Shown one piece after another: positions 1-33,600 of a stretch of DNA of 64,000 nt (the stretch's first letter is position 1; each line of letters starts with the position of its first letter). This DNA comes from Tubiluchus corallicola (Eukaryota; Animalia; Priapulida). The position numbers and the translations under genes were made by a program. The stretch lies in NCBI GenBank assembly GCA_030141605.1, contig JAQGDQ010001037.1, positions 4,457-68,456 of the forward strand, written 5' to 3'. Below the pieces are notes generated by a model. It was not told the origin of the DNA and searched no databases. It saw nothing but the letters and a program-made list of their open reading frames with translations.

Positions 1-808
1 GATTTTTTACCTCAATTCTTGGCAAACGCGGCCTTCGAACAGCTTAGTTTCCACGGTCGCATACATCTCGCATCACTGAAGGAGCTTCCTACATACTGTT
101 TGCACTGAATGTGTAGCAATGATCCATAAAAATATGGGTAAAAGTACAGGTCTAGATACACCCTCGGTTTAACTCAAGTTCGGTTATAACGGACATCGGA
201 TGTAATGTGTTACACGCTACAATAATATCAGCAACCAGACAAATGCGTGCATAATAGAGTAGTATTTATTAAACTAATTAGGAACTAAAACAAAGAAAAT
301 CAGAACAGCAAGACAGTCTAGAATGCAGAACACTGCTAAGCAATCACCAAGATCTTTGATCTACACAAACCATATCTATGGTATTGTTACATAAGGGACG
401 ATTTTTTCCGGTCCGGCGGTGTCCCGAGGTTGACTGTAAACTGAACAAGTCTGTGTAGAAGACCAATGATCAGTTGTGCATGAGAGTTTTTCATAACATA
501 TTTATTAGTTCCAAAGCAAGACAATAAATGTTCACAAATGAAGTTTCACTTTTAAGCATTGTAAACATGCACTATAGACCTAGCCTCCCAGAGAACTAAT
601 TGTCTTGAGACAGAAAAAAGCAAAGCTATTTCTGAAGTTATGAATTTAAAAATCAGTTCTATCCATGTGAATAGGCATTCTGGATGAAAACTGGATTAGG
701 TTGCCAAGTTTGAACCAGGGTATTAGAGTCAGGAATTTGTTCACTTTAACTACGTTAGACAAGTTATTCCTTGTTTGGTTGTGTGGCAGCACAATAGCCT
801 ACATCCAT
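1..808. repeat. Inverted duplicate of about 8745-9365, including part of a Tc1/mariner-like MITE (end ...gaggttgactgta)
   Basis: 661-810 is the reverse complement of about 8745-8900, and the match continues to the window edge. Extra sequence at about 200-390 in this copy. Confidence 0.85.
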
Positions 809-3800
809 AAAATTATTTGTAAAAGTACAGAAAAGGTATATAAGAGACGGTTTTTTCCGGTTTCGAGGTGTCCCTTATGTCTAAGGTGGACTGTATGTTG
901 GAACTGACCTGTCTGTTAATGTTCTTAAAATGAGTTCCAACAAAAAATGAGAAGTGAAAGAGTCCCACAGAGACGTTGTTCTGGGGAAGAGCCAAAAGTA
1001 TCATCGACCTATGATTTAACATAATTTGAAAAGGAACAAATAAAGGTATAGTAGAAGAGTGCACACCATTGGTGCCATCGAATGATACAATGCATTTTAC
1101 TACATATAAACAGCAACAAGAATGAGCAGTACAGATACTACACACCAGATGGAAATGGTGAGCTTGTGTGCGTGAACTACATGACGAGAATCCTGTAACA
1201 AATTTACAAGGAAATTAGCTTTTCGTTTTTAACACAGTATTCTAAATAATTATGCATGATTTGCGTATTGTGACCATATAGGAGCAGCAGCTTATATGTA
1301 ATGCTTAAAGTTTCTTGTCAATAGATGTTACCAGTTTGTGTGTCATGATAAGTGGTATGGTAATTTATGGTAATTAGTGTGGAAGTTGGTATTGTACATT
1401 GTAGTTAGGTGCTGCCATCTATGTGCTAATCTTGTTACATTCTACCAGCTGACTTACCTTCAGTATAATTGTACGGTCCAGTGACTATGACTACATACAC
1501 CCTGGTCCTCTCCCTATCTAAAATTAATGGTTGTTGTGAAACCTGTGCAATTCTGCATAGGTCAAGGTCTATACCTGTATACTGGCTGTGAAACAGGTTT
1601 TACTGACTGTTTTTGCTTTCTAGTTTTGCTGAATGTTCAGTGCAGCAATTTTGTTACTCATGTTTTCTGTAGTTCAATAAACATTTTTCAGTTGTGTGAA
1701 ATACAAATATTTATTATAGATTTTTGGTTCCTATCCGTACTTGTCCGTGTCTAAACTCAATCATAACAAAATGACTGAGCAACAACTTCAAAATTGACTT
1801 TCATAATTAGGGTTGTGCTGCCTCTTTTGTTTAACCAAACCCTAGGACAAGATCAGACCATGTTAGCCTGGTCAGTGTAAAGACTTCAAACCGTTTTGGC
1901 CACACAGCCTACAATTAATAAGCTCCTTTTTCCATGTAAAAAATAGTCAGTTCTCTAAACAACCAAGACCTTGTCAACACTGCAGAAACTCTGCTACTTG
2001 TCTTCGCCATGTTTAGCAAAGTGTGTCATTTCATTTGTGAACACTTATACAATATCCCGGAATACCTTATCCAAAGAAATAAGGACCTAGATGGTAACTA
2101 TCTATAAACAGTGCTCTCTCATATGCTTTTTGAAACTGTCAACTGATGAATCAGTGATGGTTGCTGATAACGGATGATTCCATTGTTGAACTACACGATG
2201 CCAAAAGAAGTGTGATCTGATGTTGATTCTACTCAATGCATTGTTTGGTCCAAAAACAACTTTACAGTAAACATCTAATATAGAAAAAAAAACTCACACA
2301 AATATTAATTTTAAACTTTAAAACAAATACTCATGTTTTATTCTTTTCAAATAAGCTTCTATTTGCACACTGTTTTACTGCAAATATATGTAAGTACAGT
2401 ACTGTAAATAAGTTTATAAGTTTATTTTTTCCACTCTGCATCTAACTGTTATAATAAAAATACAGATAATTTCACCGAAGTAAATATAAATATAAATGCA
2501 ATATTATTCAGAAATTACAAAAGAGATTCTTATGCAGCATATGCATGTGCAAATTACATTACAGAAGAATTTTGATGCATACAGTTTGAGCCTAAAAGCA
2601 TAGCTTGACAGGCCAAACTGTACGTGGAAATCTTAAAGAAGTGATTAATAATTGAAATAATGATAATATATACATAAAAGTGGGGGGGGGGGTAGTGAAT
2701 GAAAGATGAAATGGAGCTAGAACTAATGTTCAGTAACCTTATAAACTTATTGTTGATAAAAGATGACTTATAAAATGCCACCAAATGTATATAGAATGAA
2801 TTTTACTTTGTCTCCTAAGCTAGATTCAATATACGCTGGTGACTGTTTGCAAATTTAGTAATTCACGCAAAATTATTCATAAACAGAACACAGTACATGC
2901 AGTAAAAAATGTTCGCTCTTTTATTTCGAATTTGTTGAATACAAAAGTTCTAAACCTGCAAATGAAAATCACGATACATTCAACATCAAAATTCTAGACA
3001 TCTCATTTCCAAAAATTCAAGTTCTGCAGGTGAAAAAAGATGACACAAAAATCAACAATGCTCACAGTGAAATATTAATAATAACTATTGTAGTAAATAA
3101 AAATGACAACTTTGAGAAAAAAATCAGAATACTTGATGTCGAGCCATTCCTACATCAATTAATTTTTACATCGATTAACTTTAATTGCACCTGTAGTATT
3201 AAATTTTATCGAGCTACTGTAAATTGCGCATTCAACACAAATTTTTTTATCTACCGACAAAAACTGCATGTGTAAAGGCCACAATACATAACAAGATGGA
3301 TAAAAGATTTTTTCTAACACACAATGAGTCATCTATCCACTCCAACTGCAGATTAATTGACTCATATGCAAAAAAAATTTTTCAAAAATTACGATAATAA
3401 CACAATCACGAAAATTACACTTGTAACACGATTGAAAAACAAGTAACATATCTAATAATATAATATACAACTAATATACTAAATATATCACAAAATTTAG
3501 CTTCTATTTTATATATTTCACAACTTACTGAAGACTATGTTGGATGCCTGGACAGGCGTACTACAGGTTTCCATGCTTACTAATCTTAATTCATCATACT
3601 CCTTGGCACCTGTACTGTTCCATAATTAGAATCACTAATACAACTAATGTATATGCAAAAACACTTTAAAACTTTATAATAAATCTATTTTAGTTACTAC
3701 ACTATTTGTACTTGTATTATAATCTAAATTAGCAAAATATAATGACAATATTGACTACGATCATAATTACTACTATAGGTGCCTCAGAATTTATGCAAAA

Positions 3801-3949
3801 GTTGAGAATTTAGGTTTTTAGCTAACTCATAATTCACCAGCGCCAGTTCTTAACACAATATTTAACAAAAAGCAAAACTGTGGCCTGCTTCACGATGGCC
3901 AGCTAAATAACGCTTTGTTGTTACAATGCCGAAAAACATTACTAACCAG

Positions 3950-4667
3950 TAGGGGTGAGTATTCTCTACCAGAGTTTGAAAGATTTTCGAACAAGTTTTT
4001 GATCACAAGTAAAAAGTGGTCTTACAAAGAATGATGCATATTATTTGATTTTGTTTTTCAGCTAAAACACTATTAGTTTGTTAAAAATTTTGCACAGCAG
4101 CTAAACTGTAGCTATATTGTGGTAACTGCATGATGTTTCAAACATTTTAATGATAAAGAACATATGTGGCTGAAGTGTTGAATTATTCGAATCTATAATT
4201 TTAGGTTCGAATCGAATTCGAACCAAAAAAACTCGTTCGTATCGAAGTTGAACATTCGTTGCTCACCCCTAATGACTATTAGAAGCATTCAACGTTTAAA
4301 TTTTTTAAATTCGAATTTGATTTGAAACTAAAATCGTGCATTTGAATAATTCACCACTTCAACTTCATACGTTCTTTATCATTAAAACATTTAAGATGTT
4401 AAGCAATTAGGCAGAATTAAGGTGCAAAGTATGTGCTCAGTTTTTAAAAAAATTATTAGTGTCTTTATTGCAGAACATAATCAAGCAATATGCAAGATCT
4501 TTGTGAGACCACTTTTTACTAGTGGCTTGAAAGTTTAGTCAAAAATCTTTAAAACTGAAGCAGAAATCGATTCTGATTCGATATCTCAAATTCATTTTGA
4601 TTCAAGTTCAAAAGACACAAATTTGATTCGACTTGAATTCGCTTTCTAGAAGAGAATGCTCACTCCT
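3950..4667. mobile_element. Two adjacent copies (one inverted, partial) of the TAGGGGTGAG..CTCACCCCTA hAT-like MITE
   Basis: Same termini and TTCGAA/GAATTC-rich subterminal repeats as the 6745 and 18049 copies. Confidence 0.75.
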
Positions 4668-5079
4668 GATGTCCATGACAGCTTCATTTGTTGGAAACTT
4701 TATAGATGCTGATGAAAATACATGACGCGATTCACGTGAACAGAACTGATCATGAATCCAATGACAAACTTACACAAATTCTCAGAAACAAGCATGCATA
4801 TAATGTTTAACATAATCAATTTCACAACTCAGGCTATTTCTTGAAGAATTCGCCTACTAAACACATGTTAACACAGCTCCACACATGTTTACACGGATGT
4901 ACATGTATGTGCACAATAGTGCAAAGTGCATTCAATATAAAAAAACATAAAAAATATCATTTAAAGTTGTGTGCAAGTTCAGAATATGTGTGAAACCGTG
5001 TTAAGACATGTAAATACGTGATTCGGGGATGGTTTGTTTTACTCTACTTTACTTATCTAGACACAATGAAAAAGATGGC

Positions 5080-5226
5080 AAAAATAAAAATAAAGCCAAC
5101 ACCCGCTTAAGCAAAGACACGACTTTTATTCAGACACAGAATTTCAGTGTGAAACATTGCAGGTGTTTGTGTCTGAATAAAAGCCGTGTCTTTGCTTAAG
5201 CTGGTGTTGACTTTATTTTTATTTTT
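5080..5226. repeat. Near-perfect hairpin (about 61 bp arms, 25 nt loop)
   Basis: aaagccaacacccgcttaagcaaagacacgacttttattcagacaca versus tgtgtctgaataaaagccgtgtctttgcttaagctggtgttgacttt. Confidence 0.9.
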
Positions 5227-5430
5227 TAAGAACTTGTTTTGCCCATCACCAATCAGATAGCAAAAAGTAACAGTAGACTAATTTACATCACCAGTGTTAA
5301 CGGTATAATCAAGTGACATCTTGTATAGAATCACGTGTTTAACACTGACAGACGTTCAGACATTTCCAAAGCAAGGCAAGCAGTGTCGTACGATACCACA
5401 AAGTGTCATCACGTGTTGAGGTCCGCTGTT

Positions 5431-24794
<19,364 letters not shown>

Positions 24795-27050
24795 CCCGAA
24801 GCCTTTGAAAAATAACAAAAATACAGCACCAAAAAATAAAGCTCTAACGCAGCTAACGCCCACCAACGTTACGGTTCTGCTAATCCGATGCAGACAACCA
24901 AACTACTTGAGCTGTGACTATGATCTGCTAGCTAAAATAAATAAACACATGTGTGAACCGCAATGGAAAAAACTTATGCTACAGTAAATATGTGATAACT
25001 CGCCACGACTCACTTAAGGTTTGAGTTATATTAGTTCAACAGGTACATTCACGATTGCTGATTAGGTGTAATAGTTGGTATGGGTTACTGTCTAATAGTT
25101 TTAGGTTAACATCAACACCCACATCGACGTCCAACAGCAATAAGAATGCCTAGTTTACATAAGACATTGAAACTGGCTATTAATTGTGCGAAGTTGTTAA
25201 AAAAATTGATTAATATTACTTACAGTTCTGTTCCGGCCAATGTGCAAATAATGCAGTTAGATATGTCAGTAAGTGTTTACAAACCAACAACCACAGCAAT
25301 ATAATAATATTAATTAATTAAAGTTTTAAATACCATAAAATAGAAAAAAGTCGTAGTACATGTTCGTATTCAGTGTATTGCAAATGACAGAACATGGGCG
25401 TGTTAATACAATGGTGTTGCGGTCAAGTCTCAACTCGATCACAACCCGACACGATTCAGCATGTCCTTTGTTGTGAAATAAACTGCATTGGTTCAAATTT
25501 TCAAAATTTTTCAACTTTTTGACAATCGTTATGTCAACCTAATTACGATGCACCCAACTTGAAGTGTTTACCCTAATCTTAATTTAACTTTCAAATTTAA
25601 TTTATATCTTAAAATATGCCTCTGAAGTGGTATTGAGCAAGTCAATTACAATAATAATCATTATTTTACTTCAGCTTACAGTGATGTGGCTGGGGGTTCA
25701 TGCATATAATGGATGTACAATGGTATTGCAGGAAATAATGGCTTAATTGGATCTTAATACCAAATTTCATTTTTGTCACTTCAGGTTCATTTTAAACTTT
25801 TATTACTGATAGCGGATAGAAACAGGGAAACTAAACCTTATTATTCTTTGGTTCGGCTGTTATTTAGTGTAATTACAAAGATATCTTACGCAGCAGTAAA
25901 AAAAGAAAAACTTAGCAGTGATGAGCATAATTTAAAGAAATAAAGGCATCACAGCACTTCATACCTTATCTGATCACGAGTAATTTATATGACGATGGCC
26001 TATACTACAAAGTGAAAATTGTAGTTGAAGTTTTTCTTACAGCCAACAAAATGGGGAAAAAATTTAATCAGAAGTTTTCTGTTGGCAATTAACATATTTT
26101 TCGGAAGACATGTAGTCTATCATTCATTCTAATTCATTTTCGTTATTTGCCATGTAACTTTATTTTTATATCTTACAAGTCCTCAAATCTGAATTAGCCC
26201 AGGCTTCCCATGGTCTAAATTCAGCACTGAATTAAAGGAGTTAGTTCAAGGAAAGCAGCAAAATAAGAAAAAATGTGTATTAAGCCTATTTAAAGCTACG
26301 ATTACTGGTTCCTTTTATATTATATGTATATTTGGCACCATCTCTATGATACGTACTGTGCAAAATCGTATTGTGTATTTTTCGCACTGCAAACCTACAA
26401 TGAGCGTTTTTGTTATTTCTAACATAATGCTTTTGTAATTGTTTAAAAAAGTCGAGCTTTAGACCATTTTTAGCCTACCGTTACTTGTGGCTGTGGGAGT
26501 TAGTCTTGGAAATAACTGCGAATAGCTGTTAGCTCACTTTAAACGTTTTCATCTATTGCGCAAACAGTCAACCGATCGCCTTATTTATTGGCAAAAGGGA
26601 GAAGCCAAGAATATTTTTCTGTGATTAAAATAGTGAGACACGAGGTACCTGCTTTCGCTGTAAATATTTTAAATTTTCGTTTGCTTCTACGTATTCCTCG
26701 TTAGAATCGCGAATAGAAATTTACTATACTTACGTTCTTTTTGACTTTATTATCGCCTCATACCTCTGGCAAATTTCTGTGCGCAGAACCGACGAAATTA
26801 TTTACGTAATGTACGCATAGTTGGCTTGGCCGCATACTGTACATCAAAATTGGGCGTTAAATCACCAGTTTTAAAGTGATGCTTATGCTACAAGTATAAT
26901 TGAAGTTGGATGTATTATGTGCGCGATTAAAATTAAATGTGTGAACTGATTTGTTTCGTACATTCAGCTAGAGGGGTGTGGTAAGACGTACAGTTTTTCA
27001 GTGATTTGTGTGACTGGCTTTACCGGATAGATTAGGATAAATTCTAAAAA
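24795..27050. promoter_or_regulatory. Divergent (head-to-head) promoter interval between FAXC and abLIM
   Basis: Lies between the two inferred start codons on opposite strands; transcription starts are not identifiable from sequence. Confidence 0.5.
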
Positions 27051-27054
27051 ATGG
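27051..27054 (+). CDS. ABLIM1: Putative abLIM first coding exon end (ATG G)
   Basis: aaaaATGG|gtaagt is a consensus donor in phase 1. Splicing to 43585 gives MGKVPCASCKKKC, an UNC-115-like start. Confidence 0.6.
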
Positions 27055-30000
27055 GTAAGTAGTGCCTTCTAATAGAATAGGATAGTTAACTTTATGAAAA
27101 CTGCCTGCTCATAACATCTCTGTTTTGGGTGGTAAATGCACTCAGGGATTACAAAACCTGTACTGATAATGAAATTTTGCATATTTTTACTGTACTAGTG
27201 AAACAGGGGCAAAAGAATTTTTTGCCATAAAGCAAAAGCCTAGTCTCTCTGGAAGTTGAGCTTATTTTAATATTTGGGGCAAATGTTAGAAGGTTTCAGC
27301 AACAAAATTGTGATAAGCATCTCGTGTAATTAGTAAAATCAATTTGGAAGACAGGATGATTTTTCAAATACTACCCCTTTTCAAGTACAGTAAAAAAGTA
27401 TACATTTTAGAACAATTGATACTGCGAAAGAGTTCCTGATAATTAAATAATAGGTTATAAACTTAATTAACGGTGGGCGATCCTCAACTGTTGATGACAT
27501 CACAAAGTAATATAATTTTCAAGAGCAAAAATATTCCACGAGCATATTCAGAAAAATGAAAATTGGTACAAAATATTTAGTACAAACGAATATTTGTACT
27601 AAAACTAGGCAAGTTTTAGGATAAAAATTCAGATTTCAAACTTACCGCTGTGCTCACGCATTAGTTGTCGAACTTGTGTAGCTTGTCACAAACTAACACA
27701 TCTGAACTAAGAGGTACAGCACGTGTTTTTTTGTGCAATGCGCTTCCGACATGCAGGCACTAGTGTTCATCTAACTAATGAATGGCGAAATGCATGTATA
27801 TGCGAAGAACTAGTGACGCATATGTGAAATTGTGTTTGTGTGGTAATAATTGTTTCACATAAGTCATTTTTGAAAAAATAGTTTCTTTTCAATATTTTAA
27901 AGAATAAATTGTATTGACCTACAGCTTCAAATTGCGTCCGGTTTGGAAGGGGGGTTTGCTGTAAGCAATTGATAGGAATTGGTACACAAATATAAAAAAA
28001 AATTATGTACAACCTAAGCTAATTTAAGGCAAGCTTTTTCAATGAATTTTTTTGCATATCAATTTCATCTGTGTTCACTAGGCTTGCGGTGTGTACATTT
28101 TATTACAAACTTTGTTGGGTTTGGTTTGAGTGTCTCCCTGGCTCCCCTCTGCTCTATTGTCACTGATTCCTAAAATTCGACAGTTTCTTCTGGACCTTCT
28201 TGAATATAGATGCAATAATACTTGCCCAGTAAATTCAGTTTTATGTCCCTTAGGCTTCTTATCTGTGGTATTCTTTCCCAGAAATTCTTTCCTGGGAAAA
28301 TAACACAATAAAAAACTCACTCAATTCAGAATGAATGTCATTAGGAACAACACATACCTTCCGTCACTAGCATTCTTGTTCGTAGGAATTCTTTTTCGCT
28401 GTATATGTATTTATTTCGTCTTCTTTGCACTTTTTCTTGTTTACCAATTAGTGGCCTATGGCGTTTGTGTGACAATTTTGTTGATTTATATTGAGTTCAC
28501 TGCTCCATCTGACCCTGACCTCAAAGTTTGCATTTAGCTGACTCTAACACTTGGTCTGCCTGTATCTAATCTAGATTGATTAGATGTTCGATTGAGAACA
28601 GCTGTGCATTGGAATGTTCAACCTAAACGTGTGAGAGGAGGTGGAGAGATGTTACACATTTACGTGTATAGTAGGCTACTGTGCTATCATGAAGCCACTT
28701 GTGCACTTTAGCCCTCCAATGTTTGAGGACATGAGTAAGTGTAATTCGTGTGAAGCCAGTTCCCTGGGAGTGCTTGATGTTGTTGTCATGGGTCAATATA
28801 TTATGCTGTTCTTTCAGTTTGACTTCTTTCTATTTTACTTTATTCAGTGGTGACGATGATAAAGAACAAAAATGGTGCTGCTGTTGCTGCCGCTGATGAT
28901 GATGGTGAGATTGACGAGAATGATGGTGGTGATTCAGATTCTATGACGACGACGATTATGTTGATGATGACATCGATAATGAGGATGTTAACGATGATGG
29001 TAATGATGATGATGCGATGATGATGGCAGTGGTGAGGCTCGTGGTTATGAGGTTGATGAAAATGAAGGTGATGATAAAGGTGCTGCTGACCGAGGATGAT
29101 GATGATGATGATGATGGGACAATGATGGCAGTGGTGATGCTCATGCTGATGAGGTTGATGAAAATGAATGTATTCATAAAGGATCTGATGACTGAGGATG
29201 ACAATGCTATGGTGGTTATGGCAAAGATGTTATACAGAATATCAACTAACATGGTGTGTCCACAGTAAATAACTGGTCCTAATTTACTAATCCATTCATC
29301 GTGCCGCACATGGAAAACAGGATGTGCGTGATGTCGTTCCGTCCAGGAATTTTCCAACTTTATTTCTGTTCTTTGTTTCTACCAAATGGTCAGTTCATTT
29401 CTCGTGCTGCAATTTTAAGGCACGGAGAAACGAAATTTCTGTAAAGAGGGTTAAGAGGGCCTTGTTCATCCAAAATTTCTTTAAAACAGGGCCATGAAAG
29501 TTGGATTTGGAGTCATCAGCACCTTTATCATCACCTTCATTTTCATCAACCTCATCAGCATGAGCATCACCACTCCCATCATCATCATCATTACTATCAC
29601 TGTTAACATCCTCATCATCGATGTCATCATAATCATCATCGTCATAGAATCTGAATCACCACTATCATTCTCGTCAATCTCACCATCATCAGCAGCAGCA
29701 ACAGCAGCACCATTTTTGTTCTTTATCATCGTCACCACTGAATAAAGTAAAATAGAAAGAAGTCAAACTGAAAGAACAGCATAATATATTGACCCATGAC
29801 AACAACATCAAGCACTCCGAGGAAACTGGCTTCACACGAATTACACTCACTCATGTCCTCAAACATTGGAGGGCTAAAGTGCATGAGTGGCTTCATGATA
29901 GCACAGTAGCCTACTATCCACATAAATGTGTAACATCTCTCCACCTCCTATCCAGCATTTTGGGGACGTTGACGATTTGGCACGAAACGTAAATAGCATC

Positions 30001-30594
30001 TTCGTTTCTCGTGCTTACTACGCATACATTCTTCACTGGTTTCAGTTCCAAGGGAATAAAATTTAGCAGCATTTTTTACAATTCAGCGATGCTTAGTCTT
30101 TAGTCTTTAAATTTCCGCAATCAAATCCAGCAGCTGATTCATCCCCGATGATTCTCCGTTTTCATCATTGGTACGATTGATTCGTGTCTCAGTTAATTAA
30201 CGAGATTTGAGTTCTGGCGTGATTGTATTGGCGTTAATAATTACGTTAGATTATAGCCGTGTTAGGAAGTGGAGAAGTTGCGATTTCGTCAACAGTGCAA
30301 ATCATCAGCGCTTCACTGTGATTAGGACTTGGGAGCCAGTCTATGTACTGCAATCAATAGCTATTGTCTCTGTTTTATTGATCTATACTTGTACGCTAGA
30401 CTTTTTAAACATTTCCAAGCTGTTGTTGCAAGACAATAGGTTCATTAAATAAGTCGAATGGACTTATTCCTTATTCCTATTCCTTTGAAAGGATATATAG
30501 AAATACCTCTGAAAGTTCCTCCTTTAATGCAGTGCAACCTGATATTTAGATATAGGGTATCTGTATTTAGAATTACATACACACACACGCACAC

Positions 30595-30641
<47 letters not shown>

Positions 30642-33600
30642 TATATATATATATATATACATATGTATGAAATTTCATAATGAGTGTATGTGGCATAAAA
30701 CTATGTTTTGTGAGCTAGCATACTTTTTGAGACAAGAGGAATAGCTGAATGGTTTTGGCACATTGCTTAGCAATCAGAAATAGGTGAGACTGTTCGATGA
30801 ATGGATGAGTGACCAAAGTGTTTTTCTGGCTATTTAACTAATTGAACGATGGTGTATTGAGATCTCATTGTGATTGAGATACCTTTGCTGGTTCAGTGTC
30901 TCATCTTGCATGATAATCCTTGACAGTGAGATAGATTCTGGTCCTTCCACAAGCATCTATATTAAACAGATATTGCCTTGTGGACTAATGCTTAAAAACA
31001 CAAAGTTACCAAAGCTGTCATTTGCAGAAAACTACTGTAAGTCCGAAAGGTGCAAATGCCTCTGTGATGTAATGGTTAGCTGCCTGAAATGCAGAAGGTC
31101 TGGGTTCGAATCCCAATGAGCTGAATAATTTCCAGTTTTTTTAACTTACTATTGTTTTCGTTGGATTCATAATTACTGTATAATAGAAAGTATTGAAATG
31201 CTATAGGATTGTGCTGTAAAGTGAAATAGTTTGACTGAGCTGAAACACAAGTCAATCGAAAACTGTATTGTTTCTCTGCAGATCTTGTACAATTAGCGAG
31301 TATCGAATAACTTTGTGGTTTTAACTGCATTTCTCACGGTCATGTTTTGTTGTGGAAGTTTTCTTATGACCTGTTTGTTTAACATCTGTACGTAGCATAA
31401 CGGAATTCGAACAACTTGGAGGCGTGCTGTTACACGGGGGGAGGGAGGGTGTTTGTAGCTGTGGTGGTTGGGCGTAGTCAGGCCGCTTTGTTCTTTCACT
31501 TGTTTGTCCTCAATATCATATCGAATCCGTGTATCGAATGGATCCGTATGGCTCTTTCAAAGACAAGAAAAGGGGTACCTGAAGTAGGTTTCAGAAAAAT
31601 CGCCTTAAAAAATTGTATTACTTTATAGCAATTTTATGCGTATATCGTACTCGCACTGCAAGGAATTTTAGTTTGTTTTCATTTTAAATCTCCCGCAATA
31701 CTGTTCCGAAGTCGCCATTACATGTGCCATGTGCCAAACTTAAATCAAGGGAAGAGAAGGCAATATTAATTAAATTGTCTCAAAAGACTTCCCGTGCAAA
31801 TCTATATTACTTAGATTTTCGCTTACCTGCTAGAAAGACTTGTGTAATTAGAAAAGAATATTATTAATTATTTAAAATGTTTTCACCAATTGGTAAAATG
31901 TGGCTGACTCACCCTCGAGGGTGCTCCACTCACTAACCAAAAAAACGTATTTTTAATCTTATTTTAAATTTTATTTAGTTAGTGACTTGTGCGCTACGAA
32001 TGCTCTGATTATTTTTTCAAACTTTACAAAATGTTATCTAAATTTGTTTCAAACGACTTACCATTAAAATGGCTGCGTATAACGGTCATCGCGGGAGTTT
32101 AAATTTACATGTTTTATACAGCGTTACTGCCAAATGAAGTCCTGCATGCAAAAAGGCAGTACGTAAGTGATATAAAATTTCAAATCGAATTTTTCAAGCT
32201 TTATGTTTATGAAGGGTTTTCTAATGCTTTAACCCAATGGTCGCTAACAAGACCAGCATCCAATCTGGGTAGTTGGCTACAGTACGACATGCGAAAGTAT
32301 TAATACACGTACGTATCCAGAGATATAGAGATCTCAATTAGCAATTTTGTAGTGATAGAACTATAGACGCTATCTGTTAACGTTATAGTTATTACTACAA
32401 GTATAATGTATAATTTAATCTCTTCCCCCACTTAAATTTGGGTACGTATATATGTATGTCATTGTATATACAAGTAAGCAATATGGTGCATTGTAATACA
32501 AGTATGTGGTGCATTGACTGATAATCACATAATTCATATTCGTAACTATTTAAAAAATAATTTTTCACTCATTAAGGCTCACTCAAAGTCGTAATTACAT
32601 ATTGTGTTTTCCTTTCTCAACTTTCAGGTTTATTGCTCTTATACCAGTGCTATTATTACATCATTTACTTCATCCTTATTTACATTAAGTTATCTACAGA
32701 AGCACGCATAACTATAATCATTTTTTCATTTAAGTAAGGTGAGTGTGTTAATGACCGTATGGTCGTACACTCACCTCGCACTACTCAAATTATTACATCA
32801 TTTAGTTCATCCTTATTTACATTAAGTTATCTACAGAAGCATGCATAACTATAATCATTTTTTCATTTAAGTAAGGTGAGTGTGTTAATGACCGTATGGT
32901 CGTACACTCACCTCACACTACTCAAATTATTTTATTTAAAGTTTATTAATGTGTTTGATATTGTATTTTTTGATGTGTGAAATAAAATTCATAGTTCATA
33001 GTTTCCCCGTGAAACTGATGAGACTATAGGGAAACATTTACTAGCAAAAAATTCCACAGATAAGAGGCCAGATGAAAAACTTAATTTATTAGCCTCGTTC
33101 TGGACAGCATTTTGAGTTGTTGATGGTAACAGTACGAGCTCTAGACAAATCATAGGGCTATTATTGGTATAACCATTAAACCATTAAATTATAACCAGTA
33201 AGCCAATGAAAATGTTGTAAAAGAATTGTTGAACCGAGTAACTAAACTCATTAAAACTTAATTAGATCTCTACAATTAGCTTCCATTAGATTTCGTTAAT
33301 AATTATCTCATACAATGCACAGTTTTGTGGTGAACAGAAACATGATCTCTTACGTGAAAGCTTTGAAGTAAATTCAATAGAATTTGAGATGTTTTTATAA
33401 ATAGGTTTCGTGTCTTTCTCTTCCTGCAGCTAAAACGTCTGAATCTTTTGATGTGTTTTGGAGCAAAAACGAGCAATTTTTTTACTGCTCACGCGTGGCT
33501 GAATCCAGTAAGATAGTGATTAACGGCAGGGAGTTTCCACTTTTTGCTTGGCTTATCATCTCACGAGCCGTTTAAATTGCAAATTTATTAGTCTGCGGGG

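Noticed and set aside
28956-29745. Met/Asp/Ile-rich ORFs
   Set aside because: (GAT)n tract within the inverted repeat; no splice or homology support.
31060-31120. tRNA gene
   Set aside because: A and B boxes are present, but there is no acceptor stem or full cloverleaf. SINE-like at best.
32998-33040. Hammerhead ribozyme (ctgatga...gaaac)
   Set aside because: Stem II does not close with a pair and stems I and III cannot be formed convincingly. The ctgatga copies in 34780-35272 also lack GAAA.
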